The translations under genes were made by a program, and so were the position numbers. A stretch of 64,000 nucleotides of DNA from an uncultured Taibaiella sp. GTDB taxonomy: Bacteria > Bacteroidota > Bacteroidia > Chitinophagales > Chitinophagaceae. The notes beneath the pieces are model-generated. The model saw nothing but the letters and a program-made list of their open reading frames with translations. It did no database searches and had not been told where the DNA came from. Position 1 is the stretch's first letter. Each line of letters starts with the position of its first letter. This document shows, piece after piece, positions 48,938 to 59,744 of the stretch. Location of the stretch: contig CAYSCJ010000007.1 in assembly GCA_964429515.1 (NCBI GenBank), positions 741 to 64,740 of the forward strand, written 5' to 3'.

Positions 48938-50452
48938 ATGTCTTCATTACAACTCTATAATTCTTATACTCGACAAAAAGAAACCTTCCAATCGATAACA
49001 CCTGGCCACGTTGGCCTGTATGTATGTGGCCCCACAGTGAGCGGTGAGTCGCATCTTGGGCATGCACGACCATATATTACGTTTGATGTAGTGAATAGGT
49101 ATCTTCAGTATTTGGGCTATAAGGTGCGTTATGTAAGAAACATAACAGATGCTGGACATTTTGAAGAAGAAGGCCGAGAAGCAGAGGATAAAGTAACCCA
49201 AAAAGCCATTTTAGAAATGCTTGAGCCCATGGAATTGGTGCAGAAGTATACCAATCTGTTCCGATGGGGCATGCGCCAATTCAACACTTTAGAGCCCTCT
49301 ATTGAACCTACAGCCACCGGACATATTATTGAACAGATAGAAATGATAAAAAAAATCATAGCGCAGGGTTACGCCTATGAAGTGAATGGTTCTGTATATT
49401 TTGACGTAAAAAAATACAACGATCATTACAAAAACTCTGATGAAAAGAATGTGTATGGCAAACTATCGGGCAGAATACTCGAAGACCTACTAGAAAACAC
49501 TCGTGACTTGGACGGACAGGAAGATAAACGAGCATCTGTGGATTTTGCATTATGGAAAAAAGCACCACCAGAGCATTTGATGCGTTGGCCGAGTCCATGG
49601 GGAGAAGGCTTCCCTGGCTGGCATATAGAGTGCTCAGCCATGAGCAGTAAGTACCTAGGTGCAAAATTTGACATACATGGCGGTGGTATGGATTTGCAAT
49701 TTCCGCATCACGAATCTGAAATTGCACAAAGCACTATCGCGCACGGCTGTGCTCCAGTAAATTATTGGATGCACAACAATATGATTACGATTAACGGTAA
49801 GAAAATGGGCAAATCGTATAACAATGTCATTAAACTCACCGAGCTTTTTAGTGGAGAACACCCCTTATTGGAGCAAGCTTATCATCCAATGGTGATACGT
49901 TTTTATATACTTACCACACATTACAGAAGTACTTTAGACTTCTCTAACGAGGCGCTTCAAGCTGCCGAGAAGGCACTTAAAAGGCTATGGGATGCCTATG
50001 AAGTATTAAATGCCCTTCCAAACACAGGCACCACAAAAAGTACAGATGAGGCACTGGAGGCCAGCATACTCTTGAATCTTGAGGGCATCACACAAGATAT
50101 GAATGACGATTTCAATACTGCTAAAGTGATTGCACGTTTGTTTGACATCGTACCTACAATAAACAGTATTAAAGCCGGACAAATAAAGGCAGATGTACTG
50201 ACAGATGCAACATTGAGCCGAATAAAGTCAACATTCTACGACTATATGGAGCGCATTTTAGGATTACAGTCTATTAAAGAAGCAGACAGTAGCAAACTCG
50301 ATGGCGTATTGCAACTGGTAATTGACATGCGTAAAGATGCAAGAACTAGGAAAGATTATGCTACCTCAGATAAAATCAGAGATACCCTAGCGGCCGTGGG
50401 CATACAGCTCAAAGACGAAAAGGATGGAAGTGTTAGCTATGCATTATTATAA
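48938..50452 (+). CDS. cysS: Cysteine--tRNA ligase
   Basis: HIGH-type motif HLGHAR, KMSKS-type motif KMGKS and Zn-binding WHIECS. Confidence 0.95.
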   Translation: MSSLQLYNSYTRQKETFQSITPGHVGLYVCGPTVSGESHLGHARPYITFDVVNRYLQYLGYKVRYVRNITDAGHFEEEGREAEDKVTQKAILEMLEPMELVQKYTNLFRWGMRQFNTLEPSIEPTATGHIIEQIEMIKKIIAQGYAYEVNGSVYFDVKKYNDHYKNSDEKNVYGKLSGRILEDLLENTRDLDGQEDKRASVDFALWKKAPPEHLMRWPSPWGEGFPGWHIECSAMSSKYLGAKFDIHGGGMDLQFPHHESEIAQSTIAHGCAPVNYWMHNNMITINGKKMGKSYNNVIKLTELFSGEHPLLEQAYHPMVIRFYILTTHYRSTLDFSNEALQAAEKALKRLWDAYEVLNALPNTGTTKSTDEALEASILLNLEGITQDMNDDFNTAKVIARLFDIVPTINSIKAGQIKADVLTDATLSRIKSTFYDYMERILGLQSIKEADSSKLDGVLQLVIDMRKDARTRKDYATSDKIRDTLAAVGIQLKDEKDGSVSYALL

Positions 50453-50466
50453 GATTTATTAGTCGG

Positions 50467-50500
50467 AAGGGGCGTTGTAGCAACGCTCCTTTAGATTTTT
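50467..50500 (+). terminator. Terminator of cysS
   Basis: aaggggcgttg-tag-caacgctcctt (11 bp including one G-U), followed by tagattttt. Confidence 0.6.
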
Positions 50501-50550
50501 CCACATAGCCAACTATACCGTATTCACATAAGTTTTAGCTTATTCGCATA

Positions 50551-52353
50551 ATGAAAAACATAAAACACATACTGAGCTACCTTAGCCCCTATACCTCTAA
50601 AATTATATTATATTTTTTCACAAGTATACTTGCGATAATTTTTTCCATCTTTACCTTTACGATGCTTACACCTGTACTACAAATCATCTTTGTAGGAAAA
50701 GAAAGCATACCAAGCAATAGCACCGGCTTTTTGGCCGAGACGATACGCATTGTCAACGACATTGTAGTAAGCCAAAGCAGGTCGAAAGCGCTATTAATTT
50801 CCGTAGGCATTGTAGTATTGGCCACTATCTTCAAAAACACCTTTATCTATTTATCATTAAGAATACTTAACCCTTTAAGACAAGGCATAATAAGAGACAT
50901 AAGAAAAGATATGTTTACTAAATCGCTGGAATTGCCTATAAGTTATTTTAATGTAGAGCGTAAGGGAGATTTGCTATCACGCATGACGAATGACGTTCAA
51001 GAAATAGAAAGCTCCATTATGAGTGTATTAGAAACCGTTATCAGAGAGCCATTAACCATCTTATTCACGCTTATTACGATGCTTGTAATTAGCCCTGAAC
51101 TCACTTTATTTCTACTACTATTTCTTCCTTTAGCCGGATTGTTAATAAGCAAGGTGGGCAAATCACTCAAAAAACCATCGAATGCGGCTCAAGAAAAACT
51201 AAGCGAGATGATGAGTACGGTAGACGAAACGCTCTCTGGAATACGAATTGTAAAAGGATTTAATGCCGAACACAATCAGAATATGCGATTTAATGCTATA
51301 AACAATGCTGTTTTTAAATTAAAAAATGTGATATCTGCCCGCAAAGACGCCGCAAGCCCAATGTCTGAAACCCTAGGTATACTCGTGGTAGGTATCATAC
51401 TGCTCTATGGCGGCTATTTAATTTTTAGCGGCAAAAGCGCTATGACCGGACCAGCTTTTATTTCGTTTATTGGACTGTTTTACAGCATTATCAACCCCTT
51501 GAAAAACTTATCTTCGGCATACTATAATATCAATAAAGGAAGCGCAGCACTAAATAGAGTACATGATTTTTTAGCCATAGACAATCCCATCAAAGAACAT
51601 CCAAACGCGGAATCTATTGCAGATTTTACAGACAAGATAGAGCTAAAAAATATAGTATTTAAATACGAAGACAAAATCATCCTTGACCATATCAACTTAA
51701 CCATACCCAAAGGTAAAACAATTGCATTGGTAGGCGCATCTGGCTCGGGCAAAAGCACTTTGGTCGACCTTATACCTAGGTTTCACGATGCCTTCAGTGG
51801 AGAAGTTTTGATAGATGGGAAAAACATAAAAGATTTAAAACTTAAAAGCATCAGAAACCTAATGGGAATCGTATCGCAAGAGGCCATACTATTCAACGAC
51901 TCAATTAGACACAATATAGCTTTGGGAGCCGCAGGTCCAATAAATGATGCACAACTCAAATACGCAGCACAAATTGCCAATGCATCAGATTATATTTTAA
52001 AAAAACAAGAAGGGTTTGATGCCAATGTAGGTGAACGAGGCAACCGACTAAGCGGTGGTGAAAAACAAAGATTAACGATTGCCAGAGCGGTATACAAAAA
52101 CCCACCCATTTTAATTTTAGATGAAGCCACCTCTGCCCTAGATACCGCTTCGGAAAGATTGGTACAAACAGCTATTAATAAATTGATGGAAAACAGGACG
52201 AGCATCGTAATAGCGCATAGATTGTCTACCATACAACACGCAGACGAAATAGTAGTCATGCACGAAGGGAAAATAGTAGAGCGAGGTACCCATCAAACAC
52301 TCATGGAAAAAGGCGGCTATTACTCCAATCTTATACAAATGCAGCAAGCATAA
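50551..52353 (+). CDS. ABC transporter permease/ATP-binding fusion (MsbA-like exporter)
   Basis: Six-TM N-terminal half, Walker A GASGSGKST, signature LSGGEKQR, Walker B ILILDEATSALD. Confidence 0.9.
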   Translation: MKNIKHILSYLSPYTSKIILYFFTSILAIIFSIFTFTMLTPVLQIIFVGKESIPSNSTGFLAETIRIVNDIVVSQSRSKALLISVGIVVLATIFKNTFIYLSLRILNPLRQGIIRDIRKDMFTKSLELPISYFNVERKGDLLSRMTNDVQEIESSIMSVLETVIREPLTILFTLITMLVISPELTLFLLLFLPLAGLLISKVGKSLKKPSNAAQEKLSEMMSTVDETLSGIRIVKGFNAEHNQNMRFNAINNAVFKLKNVISARKDAASPMSETLGILVVGIILLYGGYLIFSGKSAMTGPAFISFIGLFYSIINPLKNLSSAYYNINKGSAALNRVHDFLAIDNPIKEHPNAESIADFTDKIELKNIVFKYEDKIILDHINLTIPKGKTIALVGASGSGKSTLVDLIPRFHDAFSGEVLIDGKNIKDLKLKSIRNLMGIVSQEAILFNDSIRHNIALGAAGPINDAQLKYAAQIANASDYILKKQEGFDANVGERGNRLSGGEKQRLTIARAVYKNPPILILDEATSALDTASERLVQTAINKLMENRTSIVIAHRLSTIQHADEIVVMHEGKIVERGTHQTLMEKGGYYSNLIQMQQA

Positions 52354-52478
52354 TCCCAAATTACAGCTAAAAACAAGAGTACAATAAACACGCTTAAATG
52401 AAACCACTAAGCCCCTTTTGAAGCCCAATTTAAACTTCTGCAACCATGGCCAGTCATACATCTAAGATTTATTGTTCC

Positions 52479-52486
52479 TATTTTTG
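52479..52486 (+). promoter_or_regulatory. Candidate -7 box for the 140-aa lipoprotein gene
   Basis: tatttttg, 98 nt upstream of ATG 52585. The long leader makes it less certain. Confidence 0.3.
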
Positions 52487-52584
52487 TTGCAAACGATAAA
52501 ATATTTATACTTTTTTTTACTAGTATCGCTTTATTAAATTAATTATTTTTACCATCTTATTTTAAGCTTTCAATATAAAACAAT

Positions 52585-53007
52585 ATGAAAAAATTTATTC
52601 CAGCTTTGCTTTTAGGCTCCGCATTAATATTCGGCACCGCCTCTTGTACAAGAGAGTACTATGATGTATATGAAGCTGTACCTAGTAAGGTTTTTGTATA
52701 CACTGCTTATGCTAACGACTGGGTGTATGACGGCACTAATCGTGCTTTCGTTACACTAAGAGTCAATGAATTAAATCAATACTACGTTAATCAAGGTATC
52801 GTATCTATAGCCGTAAGCAACGACCGAGAGCAAAACTACAGCGCTATACCTGCTGTTATCGATGCTATTTCCTACTCCTACGACTATAAAGTAGGACAGG
52901 TGACTATCTACATTGAAGACCCCATAATGGAGCAAGGCATACAAGTAGAGCCACCAGCCGAAATGATATTAAAAATAGGCCTCACTGAAGCCGACTTTGT
53001 AGAGTAA
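52585..53007 (+). CDS. Hypothetical lipoprotein
   Basis: Lipobox IFGTASC. 140 aa, followed by a strong bidirectional terminator. No family recognised. Confidence 0.55.
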   Translation: MKKFIPALLLGSALIFGTASCTREYYDVYEAVPSKVFVYTAYANDWVYDGTNRAFVTLRVNELNQYYVNQGIVSIAVSNDREQNYSAIPAVIDAISYSYDYKVGQVTIYIEDPIMEQGIQVEPPAEMILKIGLTEADFVE

Positions 53008-53050
53008 CTACTCCTCACTAAAGATGCAATGTTACTGGCTAGCACTAAAC

Positions 53051-53090
53051 AAAAAAAGCAAATTCAATTTTATTGAATTTGCTTTTTTTA
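53051..53090. terminator. Bidirectional terminator between the lipoprotein gene and the S46 peptidase gene
   Basis: aaaaaaa-gcaaattcaat-ttt-attgaatttgc-ttttttt. A perfect 11-bp stem with symmetric A and T runs. Confidence 0.85.
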
Positions 53091-53194
53091 CTTTGTGTTG
53101 GTGCGATTTATGCAACTAAATTTGCGATAGCTACATTGCATTTACTCAACACTCATTACACATCGGCACAGTTAAGGTGCGGCGTAATTTAGGA

Positions 53195-55351
53195 TTATTT
53201 CATCAACTTCATCTCATTGAGCAACCAACCTGCATTACCATATTTTTCAATGATAAACAATACATACCTAACATCTACCGAAATATTTCTACAGAAGCTT
53301 TCATCAAAATAGATATCACTCATAGTACCTTGCCAAATACGATCAAAATTAATACCAATCAACTCTCCCTTGGCATTCAGTACTGGGCTGCCACTATTAC
53401 CTCCCGTTGTATGATTCGTAGCTATAAAATTAATGGGAACAGAGCCATTTACAGCCCATCTACCATAGTCTTTACGCTGGTGCAAGTCTAACAATCTTTG
53501 AGGAATATTAAATTCTTCTATTTCGGCATTATGGCGCTTTACTTTCATATCCAAATCTGTAAGGAAGAAACTACCTTCTTTCTGGGCTATCGGTGCCACT
53601 TGTCCGTAAGCAATTCTTAAAGTAGAATTAGCATCTGGATACAAAGGCTTATTGCTAGGATTGAAACGCATTTGTGCACTCACGTATTGACGGTTCAAAA
53701 CATCGATATTCTTGCTATTTGCCATCAATTGCGGAACAATTTGCTTAGATTGGAAGGTAGAAGTTTCGTAATAAATTACATAACTCGGGTCGCCAATTAT
53801 AGCAAAACTATCTGCCTTAGTAGCCTTATCCAAAAACTCAAACAATCTATCTTTATTCGTCATTAAAGAATTGTTATATACCGTATTCGACCATCTTTTG
53901 ATATCATTACCGTACACAGAATACATATAACGCATTTGAGGTGCTACTAGGGCATCATTTTTGCTTAGGTAATAAGGCAATAATTTCTCAAAAACAGTCT
54001 GATCTACATGAGGAAGATAATTATTATAAAATCCCTTCATTCTGTTTTTTATTTTAGAAAGAGTGTCTCTTAATTCAACGGTAGTGATAGGGCTTCTGAA
54101 AATATCCATTACTTGCTGTAACACTGCTGTCTGCTGAATGGCTTCTATGCCTAGTATAGCTTCGCGATGCAACTCACGAGCAGCTACAAAATTATTACTA
54201 CCTTTTACATTAGCCTCTAATTGCCATAATACCAGCCTATCGGTAGGATTAGCGCTATTAGCTACCGTCTTCAAGTACTTTTGCTCCATAGCTTCTTTTT
54301 GAGCTACCACATTTTTCTCTTGCAAGCCCAAAACTTCACCTTGCCATTTTTTCCAGCCATTCGCTACAGTTGCTTGTTTGGACGCATATTTCAAAAAAGT
54401 CTTTTTATCGCTTCTCATATAAGTATCCCAAGCATTCAACTTTAAGGTTCTCGCATCTATTCTAATTGGATTGATAACCCGCTGCACTTGGTCTACCTGA
54501 TAGGAAGAAAGATATTGCGTAGTTCTGCCAGGGAAGCCATACACCATCGTGAAATCACCTTCTTTGACACCTTGCGTAGAAATAGGGAAAAACTTAACGG
54601 GTTTGTAAGGTTTATTTTCGGGGCTATAAGCTGCAGGTTTATTGTTGGCATCGGCATACACCCTCAACACCGCAAAATCGCCCGATTGTCTTGGCCACAT
54701 CCAATTGTCTGTATCGGCGCCAAACTTGCCAATTCCATTTGGCGGAAACACCACCATACGGACATCACTAAATGTTTCGCGGATGGTAGCCCAATATTCA
54801 TTACCTTCAAAAAAAGGCTTTATTTCAACCTCTGCATTGTACATGCGTGTATAGGCCTTTGTGAGCAAAGTAATACGTTCTTCTATGATTGCCTTTCTGT
54901 CGGCCTCCGACAAGGTATCCGAGATTTGCCTTAAAATATAACTAGAAACATTCTCTATTTTCTTTACTATCTTAATGGTTAAGCCATTACAAGGCAACTC
55001 TTCTGCCATATTTTGGGCAAAAAAGCCTGTTTCTAAATAATTTTTCTCGGGCGAGCTTAAAAACTGACCGTAATAATACGCACAATGATGGTTGGTAAAA
55101 ATCAAACCCTTATCAGAGACAAATTCTCCCGTACAGCCACCACCAAAATGCACCACAGCCATGTTAAGACCGGTTACTTGTTCGTTGTATAATTCATCGG
55201 CTGTAATTTTCATTCCAAGCCTTTGCATTTCTGCTTCTTGCGATTTAATGACAGAAGGCGGCCACATTCCCTCCTTGGCATCAATTGTTAAAGTGGGCAA
55301 CAAAAGTGAAATTGTTCCAAATAAAGTGCGTGTAAATTTTGATTTAAACAT
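53195..55351 (-). CDS. S46 family dipeptidyl-peptidase (DPP7/DPP11-like)
   Basis: Signal peptide. Catalytic His context FTNHHC, catalytic Ser context TTGGNSGSPVLN, and a size of 718 aa typical of Peptidase_S46. Confidence 0.9.
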   Translation of the reverse strand: MFKSKFTRTLFGTISLLLPTLTIDAKEGMWPPSVIKSQEAEMQRLGMKITADELYNEQVTGLNMAVVHFGGGCTGEFVSDKGLIFTNHHCAYYYGQFLSSPEKNYLETGFFAQNMAEELPCNGLTIKIVKKIENVSSYILRQISDTLSEADRKAIIEERITLLTKAYTRMYNAEVEIKPFFEGNEYWATIRETFSDVRMVVFPPNGIGKFGADTDNWMWPRQSGDFAVLRVYADANNKPAAYSPENKPYKPVKFFPISTQGVKEGDFTMVYGFPGRTTQYLSSYQVDQVQRVINPIRIDARTLKLNAWDTYMRSDKKTFLKYASKQATVANGWKKWQGEVLGLQEKNVVAQKEAMEQKYLKTVANSANPTDRLVLWQLEANVKGSNNFVAARELHREAILGIEAIQQTAVLQQVMDIFRSPITTVELRDTLSKIKNRMKGFYNNYLPHVDQTVFEKLLPYYLSKNDALVAPQMRYMYSVYGNDIKRWSNTVYNNSLMTNKDRLFEFLDKATKADSFAIIGDPSYVIYYETSTFQSKQIVPQLMANSKNIDVLNRQYVSAQMRFNPSNKPLYPDANSTLRIAYGQVAPIAQKEGSFFLTDLDMKVKRHNAEIEEFNIPQRLLDLHQRKDYGRWAVNGSVPINFIATNHTTGGNSGSPVLNAKGELIGINFDRIWQGTMSDIYFDESFCRNISVDVRYVLFIIEKYGNAGWLLNEMKLMK

Positions 55352-55493
55352 AATTATTTTTTATTTTGGAATAAAAATAGGAATACTTTGCAAAAAATTC
55401 ACAGATTCTTATTACATTAGCCAAACTTTTAGGTAAAAGGCATGTTTGAGCTCTAACGAGTGCTATTAAAAAACAGCTATATTGTTGATATAT

Positions 55494-57521
55494 ATGACAA
55501 AAAAATTACTAATTCTTGCCACGAGTATTGCTGCAATGGTAACGAATGTGATGTCGGGTTCTGCTCAAGTTAGAACTGACATATTCAACATTCCAGATAC
55601 AGTATGTACAGATCACCAAATAGAACCTTACGACATAATAGAAGGTGCGCAAAGTTATAATTGGAGCTTCTGTCCTCCCAATTTAGAGGCATTCCCTACA
55701 GGAGGGAATCTGGGGCCATTTTCTTACTTTAATGACGCTGGACAATTTAAATTGGTAAAAGACAGGGACAATTTATTTGGATTTTTCCTTAATAAGGACG
55801 GGTATGTATACAGAATGCGTTATCAAGACGGCATTAAAGGCAGCCCTTCAAACATCCGAGAACTGGGCAAAGTGGCCACTACAGGTAGAGGCTTATACCC
55901 TATCAACTCAGGTAATGAATGGCACTTATTTGTGATCGGCGGAACTGCTTGGAATAATTCCAACCTGATGCGTATTGACTTCTCTAATGGCATACAACAA
56001 AATGCTACAGTAGTAGAAAATTTCGGAAATTTCGATAGCTTGCTTACCGGTACCAACCAACTCGTTATTGCTCAAGATAATGACAAAAACTGGTATGGTT
56101 TTACTATCAATAGTAGAGCAGAATTACTAAGATTTAATTTTGGCACAAACATCAAAAGCAGACCATACATCTCCAACCTAGGTACATTATTCAATAATTT
56201 ATCGGATGTATCTGACTTTGAATTGATAAAAGAGCTCGACAACTGGCATTTATTTGTAACTAACAAAGCAGAAAGTGCTGTAAAACGTATTTCTTTTGGT
56301 AACTCTTTTCTGAATCCTGCATTTGTTATCAACTACGAAAACCTTGGTGGTTCAGTAGCCAGACCAGTAGGCTTATCTATTACCAGAGAATGTGATAAAT
56401 ATTATGGATGGGTACTATCAGAAGGTAACGGAAACGTTGTTGGCTTGGTATGGGACTTCTCGATTGCTGATACTCCAAGAGCAACCAATTTAGGTAACTT
56501 CATTGGTATAAATGGTGCCTTAGCTTTATCAAATACAGTTAGAGAAGAGGGTGGCCTTTATATGATATCTACCAACTTTATCGATCAATCTATGTCGTTG
56601 ATAGAATATAACCCTTGTAACGCAGCTACACCAGCATTTAAAGATCAACGTCTACCACCTACCTTCTCTTACGCAGAGCCAGGTTACTATAATGTTACTT
56701 TAACTGTAGATGAAGGATTGCCTACCGTGCGTACCGAGTGCCAACAAATATATGTATATCCACATAGTAGCATTACGCTGAATATTAATGATACCCTGAT
56801 TTGCCAAAATGATACCATCGAAGTACAGGTATTAAACGTAGACATAGACAGTATTGTATGGCATCCATCGTATAATATCGATACGACAATAGGTAATACG
56901 GTAAATATTTGGCCACAGCAAAACACACCATACTTCTACACGCTTTATTTTGATAGAGATTGTGTGGTTAGAAAAAGCATAGAAGTAAATCTTAGTAAAA
57001 TAGCTGCAGATGCAGGCCCAGATAGAACCATCAGCGACGGCTCCTCAACTGCACTTGGCGGCCCTAACACTACTGTTCTAGACGGCTATCACTATAATTG
57101 GACGCCAACTATTGGATTGACAGGAAGCGAATGGGCACCTGTGACTACCGCTAAACCACCGTATAATATTACTTACTACTTAGAGGTAACAAGCGACATA
57201 GGCTGTAAAGCTATCGACTCTGTAAACATAATAGTACCTTGCCAAAGCGTGGCACTTCCTAACGCCTTTAGCCCTACAGCGGTTGGCAACAATAGCACCT
57301 TCAAATTGCTAAACAGCCAGTTTTCTAAAATAAATGCATTTAGAATATATGACAGATGGGGCAAAGTGGTATTTGAAACTACAGATGTTAACCAAGGATG
57401 GGATGGCACCATCAACGGTACTCCTGCACAATTTGGAGTATATGTTTGGGAAGTAGATGCCTACTGCGCTAACACGCTAGAACGAATAAGTAGCACAGGT
57501 AATGTAACACTCATAAGATAA
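55494..57521 (+). CDS. Secreted protein with ~6 internal repeats and a T9SS type-B C-terminal sorting domain
   Basis: Signal peptide MTKKLLILATSIAAMVTNVMSGSAQ (ATG 55494 preferred to TTG 55482). The C-terminus reads LPNAFSPTAVGNN...FRIYDRWGKVVFE...WDGT...YVWEV...GNVTLIR. Confidence 0.8.
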   Translation: MTKKLLILATSIAAMVTNVMSGSAQVRTDIFNIPDTVCTDHQIEPYDIIEGAQSYNWSFCPPNLEAFPTGGNLGPFSYFNDAGQFKLVKDRDNLFGFFLNKDGYVYRMRYQDGIKGSPSNIRELGKVATTGRGLYPINSGNEWHLFVIGGTAWNNSNLMRIDFSNGIQQNATVVENFGNFDSLLTGTNQLVIAQDNDKNWYGFTINSRAELLRFNFGTNIKSRPYISNLGTLFNNLSDVSDFELIKELDNWHLFVTNKAESAVKRISFGNSFLNPAFVINYENLGGSVARPVGLSITRECDKYYGWVLSEGNGNVVGLVWDFSIADTPRATNLGNFIGINGALALSNTVREEGGLYMISTNFIDQSMSLIEYNPCNAATPAFKDQRLPPTFSYAEPGYYNVTLTVDEGLPTVRTECQQIYVYPHSSITLNINDTLICQNDTIEVQVLNVDIDSIVWHPSYNIDTTIGNTVNIWPQQNTPYFYTLYFDRDCVVRKSIEVNLSKIAADAGPDRTISDGSSTALGGPNTTVLDGYHYNWTPTIGLTGSEWAPVTTAKPPYNITYYLEVTSDIGCKAIDSVNIIVPCQSVALPNAFSPTAVGNNSTFKLLNSQFSKINAFRIYDRWGKVVFETTDVNQGWDGTINGTPAQFGVYVWEVDAYCANTLERISSTGNVTLIR

Positions 57522-57549
57522 ACATTCAATTAAAATCACTTTCTAATAA

Positions 57550-57590
57550 GCAGCGATAATTCTAACACAGAATTGTCGCTGCTGCATTTT
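57550..57590 (+). terminator. Terminator of the second T9SS cargo gene
   Basis: gcagcgataattct-aacac-agaattgtcgctgc (14 bp including one G-U), followed by tgcatttt. Confidence 0.7.
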
Positions 57591-57646
57591 ATAGCGTACC
57601 AAACACAGAATTATAAAATACCTTAGAAATAATGCATATTAATGTG

Positions 57647-57654
57647 TAATTTTG
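57647..57654 (+). promoter_or_regulatory. Candidate -7 box for prfA
   Basis: taattttg, 22 nt upstream of ATG 57677. Confidence 0.45.
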
Positions 57655-57676
57655 TCTACTTTTTTTTGCACACCTT

Positions 57677-58750
57677 ATGATAGAAAAATTAGAAGCTATC
57701 CAAGCCAGATTTGATAAACTTGGTATATCGCTCACCAATCCTGAAGTCTTAACAGACAACAAAGAATTTACCAAAATCTCCAAAGAATACAAAAAACTGG
57801 AGCCCATAATTGCTGCTTATAAAAAATATAAACAACAACTTGAAACGTTAGAATTTGGCAAAGAAGTACTCTCCACAGAAGCGGACGAAGACCTCAGAGA
57901 AATGGCAAAGATGGATATGGCACAAGCCGAAGAAGCGAAAACGCTGCTAGAAGATGAAATAAAACACCTACTTATACCCAAAGACCCAACAGACGAAAAA
58001 AATGCCGTTCTAGAAATAAGAGCAGGCACTGGAGGCGACGAAGCCAGTATTTTTGCAGGCGATTTGTACAGAATGTATTTAAAATATTTTGAGAAAAAAG
58101 GATTTAAAGCCGTGCTTTTGTCCGAATCGGAAGGTACCGTAGGCGGATACAAAGAAGTTCAACTTGAAATCACTGGCGAAGATGTTTATGGCACACTGAA
58201 ATTCGAAAGTGGCGTACACCGCGTACAGCGTGTACCTGCTACAGAAGCAAGTGGGCGTGTACACACATCGGCAGCAACCGTTCAAGTAATGCCAGAGGCA
58301 GAAGATATTGACTTTGAATTGAGAGAGGCCGATGTAAAAATGGAAACTGCACGCTCGGGTGGCGCAGGCGGCCAAAACGTAAATAAAGTAGAAACAAAAG
58401 TTATTCTTACACACATACCTACAGGCACCTCAGTAACTTGCCAAACAGAGCGTACACAGCTTGGCAACAGAGAAAAAGCCATGACAATGCTCCGAACAAA
58501 ACTGTACGAAGAAGAGGTACGGAAACATGAAGAGGCCATAGCCCAACGAAGAAAATCTATAGTAACCACCGGCGACAGATCGGCAAAAATCCGAACCTAC
58601 AACTATCCACAAGGTAGGATTACAGACCATAGAATAAACATGACTATCTATGCTTTAGACGATTTTATGAATGGAAATATAGATGAAATGTTAGAAGCAC
58701 TGCAATTTGCAGAAAATGCAGAAAAAATGAAAGCGGGCGAAAGCATTTAA
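57677..58750 (+). CDS. prfA: Peptide chain release factor 1
   Basis: RF1-specific PAT tripeptide ([10 protein letters not shown]) and GGQ motif ([14 protein letters not shown]). Confidence 0.97.
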   Translation: MIEKLEAIQARFDKLGISLTNPEVLTDNKEFTKISKEYKKLEPIIAAYKKYKQQLETLEFGKEVLSTEADEDLREMAKMDMAQAEEAKTLLEDEIKHLLIPKDPTDEKNAVLEIRAGTGGDEASIFAGDLYRMYLKYFEKKGFKAVLLSESEGTVGGYKEVQLEITGEDVYGTLKFESGVHRVQRVPATEASGRVHTSAATVQVMPEAEDIDFELREADVKMETARSGGAGGQNVNKVETKVILTHIPTGTSVTCQTERTQLGNREKAMTMLRTKLYEEEVRKHEEAIAQRRKSIVTTGDRSAKIRTYNYPQGRITDHRINMTIYALDDFMNGNIDEMLEALQFAENAEKMKAGESI

Positions 58751-58766
58751 AACCAGTAAATACACT

Positions 58767-59681
58767 TTGAACAAAACAGCAATTCAAAAAGGATTAGAAG
58801 CAGTAAGCAAACAAGCCAAAGCCAGCAAATTACATCGATTTGCGAGTAGACCTGTTGCTTACATAACGGCGATAGCTTACCGAAAAATAGGATATGCCAT
58901 AAAAAGACAGCCGCTCTACAAAACGGCCGCTACCTTTTTTGGAAAACCTATGTTGATAGCCTTACCTGCAGCAACCGATATCTATCTGACGGGCGGAAAA
59001 ACGCATGATTCAGAATTGCGATTGGCAAATTTCCTTATACAAAACCTACAACCCAACGATACTTTTTGGGATATTGGTGCGCACTTTGGATACTTTTCGT
59101 TGCTAGCAGCCACATTAGTTGGTCCAGCGGGTAAAGTATTATCACTAGAAGCCGCGCCCGAAAACTTCAATATTTTACTTAAAAACACCACAAACGAAAA
59201 AAATATTACACCTATAAATGCCGCAGCATCTGAGGAAGAAGGCATTTTAGAATTTTACACCTTCCCTATTCTCTACTCCGAATACAATTCATTTGATATT
59301 GCTCAATACAAAAACGAAAAATGGTATGATAAAATACCGCATACCCAACACCAATTGCCAGCAATAACATTGGATATGCTTTGGAAGAAGCATTTACAAA
59401 CGCCTACAATTATCAAAATAGACGTAGAAGGGGCAGAGCATCTTGTACTTGCTGGAGCAAAGCAATTATTGACGCAGCATCCACCCTATGTAGTTATGGA
59501 GTATATCACAGCCAATGAAACGCCACAGCGCGATAATGCCATCTCACAATTAATGGATTGGGGCTACCAAGCATATATTATTGACAACAAGGGCGAGCTC
59601 CAACATGTAGCCAACATAAAAACACATTGCTTGGATAATAAAATAGATTCAGAAAACGTTGTGTTTCAGAAATCAATATAA
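58767..59681 (+). CDS. FkbM family SAM-dependent methyltransferase
   Basis: Motif I-like FWDIGAHFGYFSL and the Methyltransf_21-type IKIDVEGAEHLVLAGA. It uses a TTG start 17 nt after the prfA stop, and the start is uncertain. Confidence 0.7.
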   Translation: MNKTAIQKGLEAVSKQAKASKLHRFASRPVAYITAIAYRKIGYAIKRQPLYKTAATFFGKPMLIALPAATDIYLTGGKTHDSELRLANFLIQNLQPNDTFWDIGAHFGYFSLLAATLVGPAGKVLSLEAAPENFNILLKNTTNEKNITPINAAASEEEGILEFYTFPILYSEYNSFDIAQYKNEKWYDKIPHTQHQLPAITLDMLWKKHLQTPTIIKIDVEGAEHLVLAGAKQLLTQHPPYVVMEYITANETPQRDNAISQLMDWGYQAYIIDNKGELQHVANIKTHCLDNKIDSENVVFQKSI

Positions 59682-59707
59682 GCCCAAGCAAACCCAAAAT
59701 AATTATA

Positions 59708-59715
59708 TACATTTG
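59708..59715 (+). promoter_or_regulatory. Candidate internal -7 box for the Wzz-like gene
   Basis: tacatttg, 29 nt upstream of ATG 59745. Confidence 0.4.
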
Positions 59716-59744
59716 CATTTGCAAAAAAATAAGCTTCACAAATC

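Noticed and set aside
54488-55436. 148-aa and 114-aa plus-strand ORFs
   Set aside because: Both lie antisense to the S46 peptidase gene and carry no independent signals.
59478-59489. HPPY tetrapeptide in the FkbM methyltransferase, resembling the NPPY motif of the RF1 methyltransferase PrmC
   Set aside because: It lies about 130 residues after motif I, against about 65 in PrmC. It also sits in the conserved C-terminal end of the Methyltransf_21 domain. This is most likely coincidence.
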